Shown here: positions 31,821-32,211 of the stretch, piece after piece
How the letters are laid out: every line of letters starts with the position of its first letter
How positions within the stretch are numbered: position 1 is the first letter of the stretch
Virus record (IMG/VR): IMGVR_UViG_3300045988_170007
Length of the DNA stretch: 32,211 nt
From: a virus
Reading direction: 5' to 3' (one strand)
Made by a program: the position numbers and the translations under genes
Notes under the pieces: generated by a model
Seen by the model: only the letters and a program-made list of their open reading frames with translations
Told to the model about the DNA's origin: nothing
Database searches by the model: none

Positions 31821-32211
31821 GCTACGGGCACCTCATCGCCGCGTGGAAAGTCACCGGACTCACCCCACGGGAAAAGGTGGTGCTGCTGGCGCTCGCTGAT
31901 TGCATGAACGCTACGACGGGTATGTGCTTTCCGTCCGCCCGCCGGCTCGGCGAGATGACGGGGCTTCATGACCGGAGCGTATGGAGGGTGCTAGGGCTTC
32001 TCGAAGAGAAAGGATTGATTACGCGGATCAATCGGGAACTGGATAGAGGCGGGAAAAGCTCAAACCGTTACCTTCTCCATTTGTCGGAGCCTGTCCCACC
32101 ACCGACCTCGCTCCCCATGACGGAGCCAGCACAGCCCTATGAAGAAATCTACACACCCCCCTATGACAAAAACGACATAGCCCCTATGACACAACAGCAC
32201 ACCCCCTATGA
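31817..32211 (+). CDS. N-terminal HTH domain of the replication initiator-like protein (runs off the window end and continues at position 45 of the window)
   Basis: ATGA overlap start. LALADCMNATTGMCFPSARRLGEMTGLHDRSVWRVLGLLEEKGLI is the HTH_36-type pattern of phage and plasmid replication proteins. No stop before the window end. Confidence 0.7.
   Translation, partial: MSYGHLIAAWKVTGLTPREKVVLLALADCMNATTGMCFPSARRLGEMTGLHDRSVWRVLGLLEEKGLITRINRELDRGGKSSNRYLLHLSEPVPPPTSLPMTEPAQPYEEIYTPPYDKNDIAPMTQQHTPY
32135..32211. repeat. four iteron-like CCCTATGA repeats spaced 22-24 bp apart
   Basis: CCCTATGA at 32135, 32159, 32182 and 32204. The last two equal 15-22 and 37-44. Confidence 0.7.
32168..32211. 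repeat. terminal overlap copy 2
   Basis: Identical to 1-44. Confidence 0.9.

Overview
The window is a complete, circularly closed genome of about 32.17 kb. The last 44 nt repeat the first 44 nt, and one ORF reads through the junction. It is a temperate siphovirus-type phage or prophage with high GC and strong AAGGAG Shine-Dalgarno sites, most consistent with an Actinomycetota host. Nearly all genes are on the + strand. The order is: replication and early genes (31817 through the junction to about 3800), a low-GC micro-ORF island, then HNH, a putative cos region, TerS, TerL, portal and a MuF-like protein. These are followed by scaffold, HK97-type capsid, head-tail connectors, major tail protein, a G/GT chaperone pair with a GGGAAAA -1 slippery site, tape measure, minor tail and fibre genes, amidase endolysin and holin. 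A minus-strand lysogeny module follows: tyrosine integrase, ImmA-like protease and two tandem XRE repressors. It diverges from a Cro-like gene, an Xis-like gene and further early genes. No rRNA, tRNA, CRISPR array or transposase was seen. The most notable observations are listed here. (1) The MuF protein ends in a low-GC PD-(D/E)xK-like toxin-type module with no immunity ORF. (2) That module is followed by a promoter, structured leader and terminator unit. (3) A second promoter-plus-terminator cassette lies behind a Zn-ribbon gene at the early/late boundary, suggesting antitermination control. (4) Three micro-ORFs absent from the ORF track sit in a low-GC island. (5) A lone minus-strand 229-aa gene is embedded in the early operon. 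(6) The SSB gene has its canonical DQPPF tail out of frame. (7) Ori-like iterons lie inside the rep gene at the contig junction. (8) Third-codon-position preference flips in patches between C/A-ending and G/T-ending codons among genes on the same strand. All functional calls come from reading motifs by eye; no database search was run.
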